From Enoplolaimus lenunculus (Eukaryota): a stretch of 64,000 nucleotides of DNA. Location of the stretch: positions 1-64,000 of the forward strand of contig JASANG010001329.1 in the NCBI GenBank assembly GCA_030248215.1, given 5' to 3'. Both the position numbers and the translations under genes were made by a program. Below, in pieces: positions 12,088 to 25,100 of the stretch (the stretch's first letter is position 1; every line of letters starts with the position of its first letter). The notes beneath the pieces are model-generated. The model saw only the letters and a list, made by a program, of their open reading frames with translations. It was not told the origin of the DNA and made no database searches.

Positions 12088-14392
12088 CTACTTCAAACGA
12101 GTTGATCTAAAGGAATGTGGCGAGGATGACCGTGAGGCAGGCGTCAAATCAGCTGGACAAAAGGACGCTGCACTCCCACTACGATTTTTTCGTTTCATAA
12201 GCGGCTCGGCTTGCTCTGCAACGTTGGCTTCTTCCTATAATATTATGTAATTACGCTTTAAAGTTTATATTGAGCGAAGATCGAAGTTTCACGAAACGTT
12301 TTATGTTCCGTATTCGGGGGTCGAAATGTGGGTGTCTGTGTGTCCGTCCGAAAAATCTCATGAGTCTAAGTACCGGATTTGATAAACTGTTTTGTTTGAA
12401 AGTTTATTATCCTGAGGTGTTAACCACGCATAGGGTTTTTAAATGTTTGAGCCGTTTATTAGCTTACAGGCTAATTTGTATAATTGGTTAAACCGACATT
12501 AAAACTACAGTATTTCACAAACTATTATGGTTACAAGCAATCTAATTTCAGTACTAAAAGGTTTTGGGTACGCGAATCTCAATAAATTGTTTCTAGCTAG
12601 TAACTAATTTGCATGTTGGCTAAATTGGTTAAGCCTAAATAGTACTTTTTAAATTATATAACTGATTATTTGGGTTACAAGCAATCTAATTTCACCACTG
12701 GGTGGTTTTTCGGTTGGAGGCGTCATAACAAATGGTTTACAAACCTCCAAACCCGATAATTGAATAGTTAGCTAATAACTAAATTCCATATTAACTTAAC
12801 TAATGAGCCTAAATTAGGAGTTTTTACAGTATTTCACTGATTATTCGGGTTGTTAAATGGTTTCTGGGTGCGAGAAATCTGAAAAAATTGTTTATACACC
12901 TCCAAAACCGATAACTGAATAGTTTGCGAATAGCTAGTTTGCATATTATCTTAATTAGTTAAGCCTAAAGAATGACTTTTAAAATTAATTCACTTATTAT
13001 TAGAGTTATAACTTAGAAGCAATCAAATTCAGTAGTAAAAAGTTTTCGGGTGCGAGAATTCAAAATAAAATGTTTATAATCCTCCAAAACCAATCAACGA
13101 ATAGTTAGCTTATAACCAGGGTGCAACCGGAATTACAATTTACCGGAACCGATAAAATGAAAAATTCATGCCACCGAAAATTTATTTAATTTTCTTTTTT
13201 TTGCAATATTATTGGTGAAATAACCCTATTTTGAGATAGGTATTCACTTTATCTGCTGTATTTTAGATTTTCATAATCCAAGGAAGCGATATCTACCTTC
13301 GATGGTTTATGTTCGGCGATTGTGAAGGTTTGCATACTATACTAATGAAATCTATTTATTTATTATCGTCATCTTTTAGTAAAATATCTTAATTTCCTGC
13401 GACAAAATTTTAAGTCAGGTCAAAATTTACCGGGACCGGACGGTGAACAAATCCCGGAACCGGAATTCTGGTTGCACCCTGTTTGTAAATAAGTTGCATA
13501 ATAGCTTAATTGGAAAGTAAATGGATTAAACTGTCCGTTTGTATTTTATAAGGTTGGAATGTTAAACTAGCCTGATTAAAAGTAACTATGTCCGAGCGTC
13601 GCCCAATACATGCAGTTCCACTACGACTGGTTCTTTTACTCCGAAGCATAAATAGCCTGATATAGTTATTTTAAACAATGTAAATCCAACTTTGCTTTGT
13701 ATAACTAACATATGGTAAAATGAAAATACAAATCCATTGTACCTTAGCATGCATGAGTTGACCAAATTCTCCTTCTGGTAGGTAGAAATCTGCTTCTTTG
13801 TTAGAAAAAGGTAATATTTCAGCCTCGTGTAAAGCATTCATTTCGAATAAATTGTCGAGGTATTTCCAAATCTGAAAGCATCGCATTCAAAAACTCACAA
13901 GTTAGAAATAAAATTATGCCTGTAGAATATACAGCACTATCAAAGGGCAAATGAGTTATATAGTTATAAAATAAAAAATATTACATATATAGCCTGGTAA
14001 ATCATAGTTTTTGAGCGAAAGTATAATCCGCATAAGCACAATGATCACCGAAAGTGCATCGTACATGGCCGTTACACTATAAATTTGCAACACTGCACGA
14101 GCGAATATTATAATATAAGTCCATATTTTTATGTCACCGACACTGTCAGATACGTAGAAGGTAGGTGCAGTATGTATTAACCTCTTACATCATGCGTTGT
14201 CATTCCGGCATTTTCCATTTGACCCGATGACATTAATTCGTGAATGCAAAACATGTGAAAATGACGGTTAATTCCAACTGGTTTGTGAACACATATTGCA
14301 GAGAACAGTTGTATTTCCTGACGAATTGGCCAGCGTTCGTACGATGCACCCACATTCTTGATGTCAACAACAGGATCTTTCCTTGAAGCCAT
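12088..14392 (-). CDS. MRGBP: MRG/MORF4L-binding protein (Eaf7/CT20 family, NuA4/TINTIN subunit); exons 14392-14189, 13871-13743, 12234-12088; about 159 aa
   Basis: WPIRQEIQLFSAICVHKPVGINRHFHMFCI...|IWKYLDNLFEMNALHEAEILPFSNKEADFYLPEGEF matches the Eaf7 domain (KPVG.N.HFHM..I; IW..L...Y.L..L.E.E..PF......F.LP). All junctions are phase-0 GT-AG. Confidence 0.92.
12266..13632 (+). mobile_element. DINE-1/HINE-like non-autonomous Helentron element filling MRGBP intron 2; partial copies at 2191-2375, 21912-23095, 27185-27785 and 28280-28500
   Basis: Subterminal inverted repeat TATTGAGCGA..T/CGC(T/C)CAATA, GTCY-type microsatellite near the 5' end, internal ~120-130-bp tandem units, 3' hairpin GTAGT(C/T)CCACTAC then GACTGGT, T-rich flanks. 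Confidence 0.65.
13117..13481. mobile_element. CAGGG-type hAT MITE nested in the HINE-like element
   Basis: TIR CAGGGTGCAACCGGAATT / AATTCTGGTTGCACCCTG; related sequence at 17760-17909 and 46960-47120. Confidence 0.75.
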
Positions 14393-16197
14393 ATTACAGC
14401 CAAACCCACTAACCCGAGTTAGCAGCAAACACGAGCACTATTTGCGTAACAAAACAGGAAGAATACCTTACACTTAAACATAAGTCGGAAAAGAGATTTT
14501 GCTATCGACGACGCGCTACAAAAAGTCCAGATTTCCATTGCGAAAAACTTCTGAACAAACGTGTTCAGATACTATAGTTCGCCAATAGTTTAAGCATATC
14601 GGAAAATGCATTCGCTAGTCCACGTGCATGCAAATGCTATGAAATGCTCTGTATTACGGTGCTGTTTATGACCAAAATTATAATACACTAGAGCGAATTT
14701 TGTTCGAGATAACAGAATTAGGACTGCCAATCAACACACTTACCAGAAAAACTCATGTGGAAACAAAATAAATTAAATGAAGCAGTACTTTAAGGTTTAG
14801 TTTTCACTATTGCACTATCGGTGTTTTTGTTTCCAGTCGCATCCTGCCGAGGGGTAACGGTATAATTACTTTCACGATATGTTCCTTTATTCTCAATCGT
14901 TGGCTAAGTAATTATCTTGTGCTGCAAGTCCATTATATTGCGATATCTGGAGTCCGGGTATCGTAGTCTTAGATTCTTTAAACCTGCTTGTATTTAAGAC
15001 GTAAAATTTCTGGAATATATTAAAGTTTGTCATGCAATGTATTAAAAGTCGTTATTTACTTAACCATCCTGCCTGCTGAAAACCCTTTCATGCTTACGGC
15101 AGAAAACTTAATTTTTCCAAAAATCAATGTTTTAGTGAAGTCTGCGTTATTTTGAGCTGCAAATTGTGAAATTTTGAATAAGGACAGTTGGCATCGCCTG
15201 GATCTGCTATAACTTGTTAAAAACCGTTGTTAGGGGACCTAGCAACTGGTAACTGATTGTAGTATGCTACGCACTTGTGCGAATACGGGCAAAAAACTAA
15301 ACACCACTTCGGTTTATAGTAACCCTTCAAATATCAAAAAAAATTGCCAAAAACGCGCTTCAAAACTGTATATTTTCAAAATACCAAAAACATACCTTTG
15401 CATCAAAACACCTGGATTCGCCTGCGCTCAACGTGGTCGCAAGGTGTCCAGTCCGAGGTACATTTGCTTCCCTGTGTGTTCCTGATATTTTTGCATAACT
15501 TATGAATGGAAGCGGCCCTGTTCTGACATGAAGGACTAGTCAGGTTTCATCTAAATTCGGAGGCAGTTTCGGAGAACTACACCTAGTTCTGACCCATGGC
15601 TTAAACTTTTTAGCGCCTTGTACAGGCCTTATAAATGTTTATGTTATGGTTTAGCCAATGGGTATATGCTTAGCTAGTAAGTAGGTTTGGATAACTTAAT
15701 TCTGAAATGTGCGTGCATCTATCTTAAAATTCACGCAATCAAAGTTTAAACCTGGGCAACGTTTCTAAGTTCAGTATCTCTTGGCTCGAAAATTACAAAG
15801 TCATTAACCAGCTGGCAACATGTGCTAAATGCATTTGAGTTATAATTGAACATTAAACATTTGTAACAGCTTTTCAGCTCATTTATGTAGAGAAAATAAA
15901 TTCCAAATCTGCTTTGTCATGGTTATTGGTATTAGATATTATGCGGTACTAGTTTGCAAATGTCTGAAGGTTCAGAGAACCATGCCTGCATTGGGCAAGG
16001 TTTTACAGTTTTGATTACGTATTTGAAAATATCGCAACTACTAATTCTTCCCAACCCAAATTACTAGTTTAGATCCTATTTTAACTTACGTCGTCCATTT
16101 TCTTTTGTTGTTAAGAAGTAAATGGTAGATAAATTCTTTAAAACTCACACGTACACTACGTTGTGCTGTATTAATGAATCAGAACAAAGAAACATAA
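14393..16197. promoter_or_regulatory. Head-to-head intergenic/5' region shared by MRGBP (-) and LTV1 (+)
   Basis: Start codons diverge 1.8 kb apart; no specific promoter motif identified. Confidence 0.4.
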
Positions 16198-19100
16198 ATG
16201 GTTAGTCTTAGTTGTGTCAGTCTACGTAGGAACCGGGATTTCAGACCCTTATTGTTAAACAGCTGCAAAAGCGGGTTACCGGTGGTTCCGAACTAGCGAC
16301 CTTCTGCGTGTCAGGCAAACGCTGTTACCACTGGGTCACGTAGCCCGCCTCGCCAATTGCTTTCTTCATCGACTATATATAAGTCGACCGTATGCTGCCG
16401 GCAAGCATACTATACAATGTGCATTGCATATATTGCATATGCACCAGGTCAAGCATGTCTCATGCTTACAAGTTGCATATGGAGACACCGAAAATTGACT
16501 ACTATTGTATTATATAAATTGGATCTGTCAGCACAGCATTACTAACGTGCTATATGTAATTTTTTGAGTAATTCGATATGTTAATAAAATAACTTTATAG
16601 GGTCGAAAAAACAAGAAAAAGTTTATTGAAAAGAAGAAAGCGGTCACGTTTAACTTAGTTCATCGCAGCCAACGTGATCCTTTATACGGAACGGATGCAG
16701 CAGGACAGCATGTCCTGGTCGAACAACAACAACAACAACCATTAGTACGTGTTTTATGTTTGCTTAAAAATTTGTTTGGAATCTTTTATAATTGTAACAA
16801 TTTCTTCGCATCTGTTCGTCGCATTGTTTGCAAATGAATTTCTGTTTATACATAGTTGAAGGACTTTTTGACTAGCAACGAGATTACATTAAACAATTTT
16901 GGGTGAGTGATAGAAACCTGACCTTAGTCAGTTGACTTATATGTGTTTCGCGAAGCTATAGCTAGAGCCTAATATAGCATTTTTCACAGGTTCCTGGACG
17001 TTAAAGCAATCGTTAACCAAGCTATCTTTGACTTAGATGATAGATACTAAACTTAAGTGAAATGTCAAATTACCAACTTAAAATGAGGCATATGTCTCTG
17101 TATCCCGACCGTTTCAACCATTCCTAATTGAGCATTCTTAATCGCAACCCAAGTATATCTGCTTACGTTAAATTACTCAACAAAGGTGAAGCCTGTTGAC
17201 CAACTTGTTCCTGATGCAGCTTGCTTTTACATACGACATGCAATAGTTGTGTTAAGAGTCATGTTGGATGTGTTTCGTTTCTAATGTATGCCTAAGTGTT
17301 TCACACAGTTAGTGTTGGTTGTGCAAATAATCTATTTTAGGTACGATACAGTTACTATTCAGAATGTAGTCGTGGGATGTTAACAAAATCACTAAGCTAA
17401 TTTTGTTCCGGTTATTTTGTCCGTGTGTTTTTGCAATACCCGGACCCGGACCCGGAATAATGTTATGAAAACCCGAACCCGGACGCGGAATTTATTGAAG
17501 CGAAAACCCGGATTTAACTCTAATGTATGTATGTATGTACGTATGTAGGTACGTATGTATATATACGTATATATCATTGTGCAGTTCAATATGTACTCAT
17601 TTAGGATTGTTACCTAGTTCAGTTCAATTTTCCGTTTTGGTTTTGTAATTAACACTCGTTATGACCGCATTAGTACAACAAATAAGTAATTTCATTCGTA
17701 TAGTATATAAACCCTGGCAATCGCCGAAAATAAACCATCGAAGGTAGCAGATATAGTGAATACCTATCTCCAGCTAGGGTTTTTTCAGGAATAATATTTC
17801 AAAAAAGAATATTAAAATGAATTTTTTGGTGGCATGTGTTTTCCGGTTCCGTTTTTGGTAATTTTTTCAAATTCCGGTTCCGGTACATTCTAATTCCGGT
17901 TGCACCCTGATATACATCAGGGTGCGACCCGATATCCGGCTCCGGCAAAAATCCACATCCGGCTCCCATTGCGGCTTGTACTTCTCCCATATTATTGTCG
18001 CCAAATCGGTAGCAAACGTTTCGAATTGTTCGATTTCAATAATAATTGTGATTAGCTTGGTGACGGTGTCATCGTTTCGACTCGCACAACGCATTGTATT
18101 TGTCAGCCGCACCGTTGAAATACACATTCCACATTCGACGTCGACAGGGGTTTTAAGGACATCGAGATTACTCGGCTGAGATCAATCAACTTGATGTGCT
18201 CAGTTTTCCTTCAGATAACATGTCAGGTGAAATAATAGATGAACCGACATGGAATGTGTTGTTTCCATCTAGAGCATTTTGAAATAATTTTATAAGAGAT
18301 TTTCAAAGGAATGACGATATAGTATGCTACACAGATGGCTCTGTCGTTCAAGGTGCAGCAAGGAAATTAGCAGGTGCTGGAATTTTCCCAGAGCACTTCA
18401 TGGTTAGCCGATCACTAGGAGAGTATGTTTCAGTTTTCCAGACAGAAATCCTTGCGATCAAAATATGCACTGAAGAGTTAACAGGAAGGAAGACTGCTGA
18501 AAAAAGAATACTCATTATTTCGGACAGTCAGGCAGCACTGAAAGCTTTACATAGTATCAAAATTAGATCTAAAATAGTTAACGAGTGTAGAATAGCAATT
18601 AAAGAACTGTCACAATTAAATGAATTTTTACTAGTGTGGGTTGGGTACCGGGTCATTCAAATGTAATCGGTAATGACTTAGCGGATGAATTAGCAAGCCG
18701 TGGATCAGGTAGACGATTTATAGGACCAGAACCGGTACTGCCTAGATGTAAGCGGGAGGTTCGCTTAAGAATTACATCGTGGATGCACAGAAAATTTATA
18801 TATAGATGGATAAATCAGAAAATCTGTAGATTTACAAGATCAATAATTCAAGAACCAAACATAAGAAGAAGTAGATTTTTATTAAAGCTTAATAAAGACA
18901 AACTTAGACAATGTATTGAGATTTTATCAGGACATTGTTGGTTAAGTTATCACTTATTTAGAATGAGAGTAGCTCAAGATAAAAATTGTTCAGAATGCAA
19001 TGTAAGTGAGACCGCTGAGCACTTTTTATGCGTCGGTAATGACTTAGCGGATGAATTAGCAAGGCGTGGATCAGGTAGACGATTTATAGGACCAGAACCG

Positions 19101-22100
19101 GTACTGCCTATATGTAAGCGGGAGGTTCGCTAAAGAATTACATCGTGGATGCACAGAAAATTTATATATAGATGGATAAATCAGAAAATCTGTAGATTTA
19201 CAAGATCAATAATTCAAGAACCAAACATAAAAAGAAGTAGATTTTTATTAAAGCTTAATAAAGAAAAACTTAGACAATGTATTCAGATTTTATCAGGACA
19301 TTGTTGGTTAAGTTATCACTTATTTAGAATGAGAGTAGCTCAAGATAAAAATTGTTCAGAATGCAATGTAAGTGAGACCGCTGAGCACTTTTTATGCGTA
19401 TGCAAGCGGTGGAAAGACAAACGCGAGCAATTTCTTGGTAGGAAGACGTTAGCTGTTAGAGAAATTAGATCTCTTGATATAAGGAAAATCTATAATTTTA
19501 TTGTTGAAACAGAACGTCTAAAGGTTAATGTAGAGTGACACACAGAGTATATAAGGTCGTATGATGTCGCTATGGACAATGTTTTGAATTTGTCTACGCG
19601 AACGCCCACAGTGGCGTCATATCCTCTTTCTACGTTATCTATCTATCTATTTATTTGTTCTAAATACGCTTTAACAATGCGTCGCAGTAGGAGCCGGTCG
19701 CGTAAATACGGAGCATTGGTTTTCAGCGGTCGGAGTAGCAGAGTCTTTGCTGTCCAGACCCTCACGGGTGTCTGCAAGAATATTTAAATCTTCGACTCCA
19801 GTTGATTGATATGGTCACGAAGCTGGTCGGCTATGCCCAGTGGTCCTGCTACAAATACGCGCCCCATAGTCCATTACAACGTGCAACATATTCCGTTGGT
19901 TTACCATAAAAGTTAAAAAGATCTTGCTTGTTGCTTCACATCGACGTTGAACTTTGGCAAGTCAACTAGATCTTGCTTCGCATCGGCAGCTAACGTTCGC
20001 AAATCGTCTTTCCGTCAACATCTACAGACATATTTTCTACGGATAACACACGAAACCGTCTTAGCTGCTTGCGATCGTTGGGTAAAAGATAAGAGGCGAA
20101 TTGTTCCATGAACGCATTTGGTGCGCCGGATTTTTGTTCGTCTGTGTCGGTGAACAGTTCGTGCAAACTTTGATCACTGGGTTGCAGAAACTCGACAAAT
20201 CGACCTTCACGAAGTGCTTTTTGTACAATAACACATCGGTCAATGGAGCCTTGATATTCGCTCAGCTATTTGCCTATCACCTCTGTTGATGTCATTAATT
20301 GGATGACGGGGATAAGAATGTATCGTTTTAAAGCAACGTTTGCTGTTGGCGTCAGTAGCGGTATGTCGAACATGTAAGACCGTCATCGCCATAGCCCTGT
20401 GAAGCGAACCTTCCTTGGCTAAGAAGTCCAGTTCGCTTTCCTATTTACGGCTCATTGACCCCCCTTGAACGTCTTGTCCACCTCTGGTGACATCGTGAAA
20501 AACGGAGCATTTTTGTGACTTCGTAGTGATCGAACAAAAATTTGGACTGTTTGCTGGTCTGTTTTGCTGCAAGCTGAATGCGGTGTGAGCCAGGATGGCA
20601 TCGAATCCACAATTTTTCCCAATTCGAATCCAGTGCTAAGTTTATCAAAACTTTATTGCTTAAAAATGAACAAAATATTGCCGAACATTGTTGGATTCGG
20701 TTTTGGATTCGGCTTTATCACAACGGAATCCAATTCCGAATCCGAACCACAAATTTTTGCCGAATCCGAATCAGAAATTGTTGCCGAATCCGAATCCTAA
20801 CCATTGTTGCCACCTGGTTTGAGCCACAACGTCAGTCAGTGGTCCTTGGTTTGTGTTCTCGAATGTGACAGTTTGCACTAATATCGGAACAATAGGACGG
20901 AGAGTTTTTGGACAGAAGTTTCATCGGGCCATTAGGCGGGGAGAAAAACGCGCAAATTGGACACAACGACTCCATGAGGACGTTGAACCATTCGATGTTT
21001 TCGGACCATTAGGCGCGGAAAAAGAAAGGGCAAAGTGCACAGAACGACTCCGTGAGGACATTGAACCATTCGATGTAATCAACGATAGGCGCCAGGATAG
21101 CATCTGTCTTTTTCGATGCCCGTGCCAATTTAAGCAAACGTTCGCAAATTTTGTCTGCTTTGTGATTCAAAACATACCGCACGCAGACAGCGAGCCACTA
21201 ACGTGTCCTCTCAGTAGACGCCAAATCGACCATAATACCGAACGTTATGTTCTCGTGGTGTTCACAACAACAAGTGATTTAAAAATAGAGACCGTACATC
21301 GACGCCAAGTGAAGGCGGTAGGTCAGCTCTTGAATCGATTGTTGTGAGGCATGTTGTCCTTTGAAATGGACCACCGGCTGCATGCCAAAAGACTGGAGCC
21401 ACCAATTTTGCGTTCCCAGTTCGTATGTGCTTTGTTGACAAAACCATCGCTCGTCCACATAACTTGCTCATGTCAACTTTTCGCTTAGTGGCAGCAACTT
21501 GGCGACACGTTTTGCAAATGATTCCAATAATCGATCCGTCTTTGTTGCCGTTCCGGTACACAAATTGGATCCACAAATACTCAAGGGCCCACTCTATTCT
21601 GACTCGCTGATTTTTCTACATATTCCCCTTAGGGACGTAGAGCACAGTTCTCGCGACAACAATATCAATTGGATCAACGACGTACAGATCCTTTGTAAGC
21701 CTGAAAGAGTAACCTGCTGCTATCAAAATATTAAAAATGCGCGACAATTTGAGGGGGGCAGCACCCTTTCCTCAATTTTTGGGCGCGGCCAACTCAGGTC
21801 GCCTTCCCCAAATTGTTGTTGTGTCAACCTATTTGGGGGGAGTTAGTTCTCAAAATGCCCTTCTCAAATTTTGACCCCAGGTAGAGGCCAAGGCCAGTAT
21901 ATATAATATGTACCAGTCGTAGTGGGACTACATTTATTGAGCGAAGCTCAAACACACGTAAGCAATTAAGGTAATACTCAAATTAGTTATTAGCTAACTA
22001 TTCATTTATCGGTTTTGGAGGTTTGTAAGCAATTTGCTTACCAATTATGCTTATATATGCAAATTTTCTATTAGCTAACTATTCGATAATCGGTTTTAAA

Positions 22101-25100
22101 GGTTTGTAAACAATTTATTCAGATTCCTCGCACCCAAAAAACTTCAGTAAACCCTAATAATTATTGAAATAATTTAAAAAGTCCTAATTTTGTCGTCAAT
22201 TAAGCTAATATGCAAATTAGTAGGGTTCCAACGAAATTCCGATTCCGGCTAAAATTCCGAAAAAATTTGGGTTCCGACTCTGATTCTGACTGGCTTCTAT
22301 TCCAATGCCAGAATTCCGATTTTTCGGTTATGAGTTTTTAAACTGATTGAACTTAAATTTTGCCTATTTTTTCGTTTGTTTGCAAATCTGTTTGTTTTTG
22401 TTAGTAAGCATTCTCAGTAGCAGAGTAAATTATTTCGCTGACTGTCAAAATGTGACTGCAATTCAAAACTATAAGCTCTACCTTTAAACGAATAACAAAG
22501 TCTAAACTTAAAATTCTACTTCATAGCGGCAAGCAGTGATGTTAGCCCCACTATGTTCTCAAATATAGTTAGATATTTGGTTCAACAGTATCCTTACTGT
22601 AGTGCAAACGACGCTCCATTGAATTGCAGAATTTTTAAAAATCTGGGTCCTGCTATTTCTGATTTCATAAGACTGCATATTTAAGTTTTGAAATGCTCAA
22701 AATGCTTAACTGCATTTAAACTTAAGGCCACGTTGTTCCTGTGCTTTGAGAATTGACAGGCTGCTCTTAGAATTGGCAGGCCTCCATTAATATCATAATT
22801 TTACAGGTTAGTAGATCGCTAATACAGTCAGCTAACAAAAAGTCAAAAATAATAGACTTTAGTTTTTGATATAATTACTAAAACTTAAATTCCGATTCCG
22901 ATTCTGGTTCCGACAAAAAAATTTGATTCCGATTCCACTTCCGACAAAATTTACTTCCGGTTATTCCTCGCACCCAAAAACCCTTCAATGCTAAAATTAG
23001 ATTGCTTCTAACTGTAATAATTAGTGAAATAATGTAGAAAGTCCTAATTTAGGCTTAATTAATTATGCAAATTAGCCTGTAGCTAATAAACGACTTACGG
23101 CCGGAATTCCTGCAAGAATTCAATTCCTGTTCCTGCATTTAAAGATGTAGGAACCGGATTTTTCGGTTTTGTGGCAAATTATGCCTAGTCATTTAAACAT
23201 TGGAAACTTTGTCTTTAAAAAATTGTAATTTCGACATGAGTGTTTTTCCAAAAACTTCAATTTTTAATAAACTGTTTCTGTTGTGTTTTTACAAAACTTG
23301 ATTGTAAGATAGCTCAAAGTTTGCTTAATCCGTTTTTGGTGAAGTTTTCTGAAAAGTCCAACAGTAATTCGGTGATGAAAATTATTTCAAATTCCGGTTC
23401 CTGTTCCGGTTCCTGCAAAAAACGCAATTCCTGTTCTTGTTCCTGTTCCGGCAAAATTTAGTTCCTGTTGAAACCCTGCTAGATTGCATTCAAATATCAG
23501 AACGTATCTTATAATTATTCCTTCTGTGGCTGAAGGCACGCAAAGTGTTTACGTGGCAAAGTTTAACATCTCACGCCGATGCATTTCTAACACTTTAACA
23601 ACGTCCGTATTATACTATTCTATGTTTATGTATCGTTGCGGTTAGTTGCAATATTTGTTTGGCCCGTGTTCTTTTTAGAGGCATCCAGTTTCTCGGAGGT
23701 ACTATATAACAAAAGTGGCTAAGATCAAGGATGGGAGTCTCGGTCTCAGCCTCGCTAAGGCCCGGCATTTGGCAGGTCTCGTTTTCTTGAGTCTCGGTGG
23801 TTTGGAACCGACACTAGAAGTCGAGGATTCAGCAAATGCTGGTGAACCTTTAAAAAGCAGAACTTAATATTGTCGAAGCAAGTAAGGCCTGATGAATAAA
23901 ATTTCGCTATGAATCTGTGAATTTTCATACTTATGCAATAATTATTAGCATGTCTTCTGAAAACACAAAAAACTAAAAAACGCAAAAAACTGCGGAAAAA
24001 TATAAGAAATAGTTTGTTTTGAAATTTTTATTTCTTTCGGTGATGACTAAAAGTTGACTGAGACCGAGACTTTTCATGGCAAGGCTCCGCTCATCCCTCG
24101 CTCTGATTAAGGCTATTATTTTCATTTAGGCGTAAGCTTAGTTATAGGCACATTTTTACGCTGAAGTTTAGGCTTAGCGTTAAAAATAATAGAAATATGC
24201 TGAGATATAGTTTGGTACACCCATTCTTAACACTCGTCACCTGTATCTGGTTTTTTAGCGTTATTGTAACCCAATAACAATTGTGAACATACACGGTCAC
24301 ATGCAAACATTTACTGTACATGTGTGATAGAAAAAATATGTAAAAGTAAGTCAAACAGTTTGATGGTACTTGGCATGAATACGAACCGGTGGAAATTCTG
24401 TCAAGTTTTTAAAAATAATATCCGGCAAGTTAAAATACCAGAGCCGGAGCCGGGCATTAGGTTTTTTGCCGGAGCCGGGTATTAGATTTTTTGCCGCAGC
24501 CGGAGCCGGATATCCGGTCGTACCCTGATATATATTGGGCGTCTGTGATCAACTTTCATTTTGTTTCGGTGATATTTTACCGCTTTTTATTTTTTGGTAA
24601 CAATTTCGACTGTTTCCCCCCTTAGCTACGTCTTTGACTTTACTCTTCTTTTTCAGAAAAATTCGGATAACAATTCTCGGGAGGAACAGATTAAATACGG
24701 AATATTTTTTGATGATGACTACGACTATTTGCAACATTTAAGAGATGTGAACGAAGTAAGTGCGGATGTAATGTTTATTACGTGATTTACTTTAAACAAT
24801 ATTTACTGGACTATGTACGTATATATTACCCCGCAGAAATCTTAAATTTGTTCAGCATTAACGTGTAGATTCTGAGTATATTGGAACGACAAATATTATT
24901 TAGAATTGGAATGGAATTGCTATGCAATGAGGGATCGAGATAAGTAATAATGTTAAAGTAATAATAGGCATGCTTCGTATTTTGTTTGATAAAAGCTTCG
25001 ATGAAAAGTATTGACAATATATTTTTGTTTAGGTAGCATCACTGGAGCCTGTCGAGGAGCGCTTTAGAATCAGTACCGATGGAAAAATCGTACCGTTGGA

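Larger units (their letters stand above)
17970..21700 (-). pseudogene. Fragmented hAT transposase (TTF-zinc-finger / ZMYM-ZNF862-like type)
   Basis: Minus-strand remnants in the expected order: EWALEYLWIQFV..IICKTCRQ..GFVNKAHTNW (TTF finger); FGIMVD..LAVCVRYV..ICERLL (first catalytic Asp region); CGSHRIQL (CxxH, restored after removing the MITE at 20591-20816); PLSTSNVECVF/STVRL...DDTVTKLITI (dimerisation domain). Many stops and frameshifts. Confidence 0.75.
17918..24527 (-). mobile_element. Decayed hAT DNA transposon (about 6.6 kb including nested insertions) inside LTV1 intron 2
   Basis: 29-bp TIRs CAGGGTGCGACCCGATATCCGGCTCCGGC / CAGGGTACGACCGGATATCCGGCTCCGGC (2 mismatches); 8-bp TSD ATATACAT/ATATATAT; internal transposase remnants. 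Confidence 0.8.

Noticed and set aside
15515..15600. Possible C/D snoRNA-like segment (ATGAAGG...CTGA)
   Set aside because: Box C is non-canonical, there is no terminal stem, and the start resembles a MITE end fragment
20853..21347. 164-aa plus-strand ORF with an internal ~78-bp repeat
   Set aside because: Antisense to the decayed hAT transposase; the repeat is a local duplication
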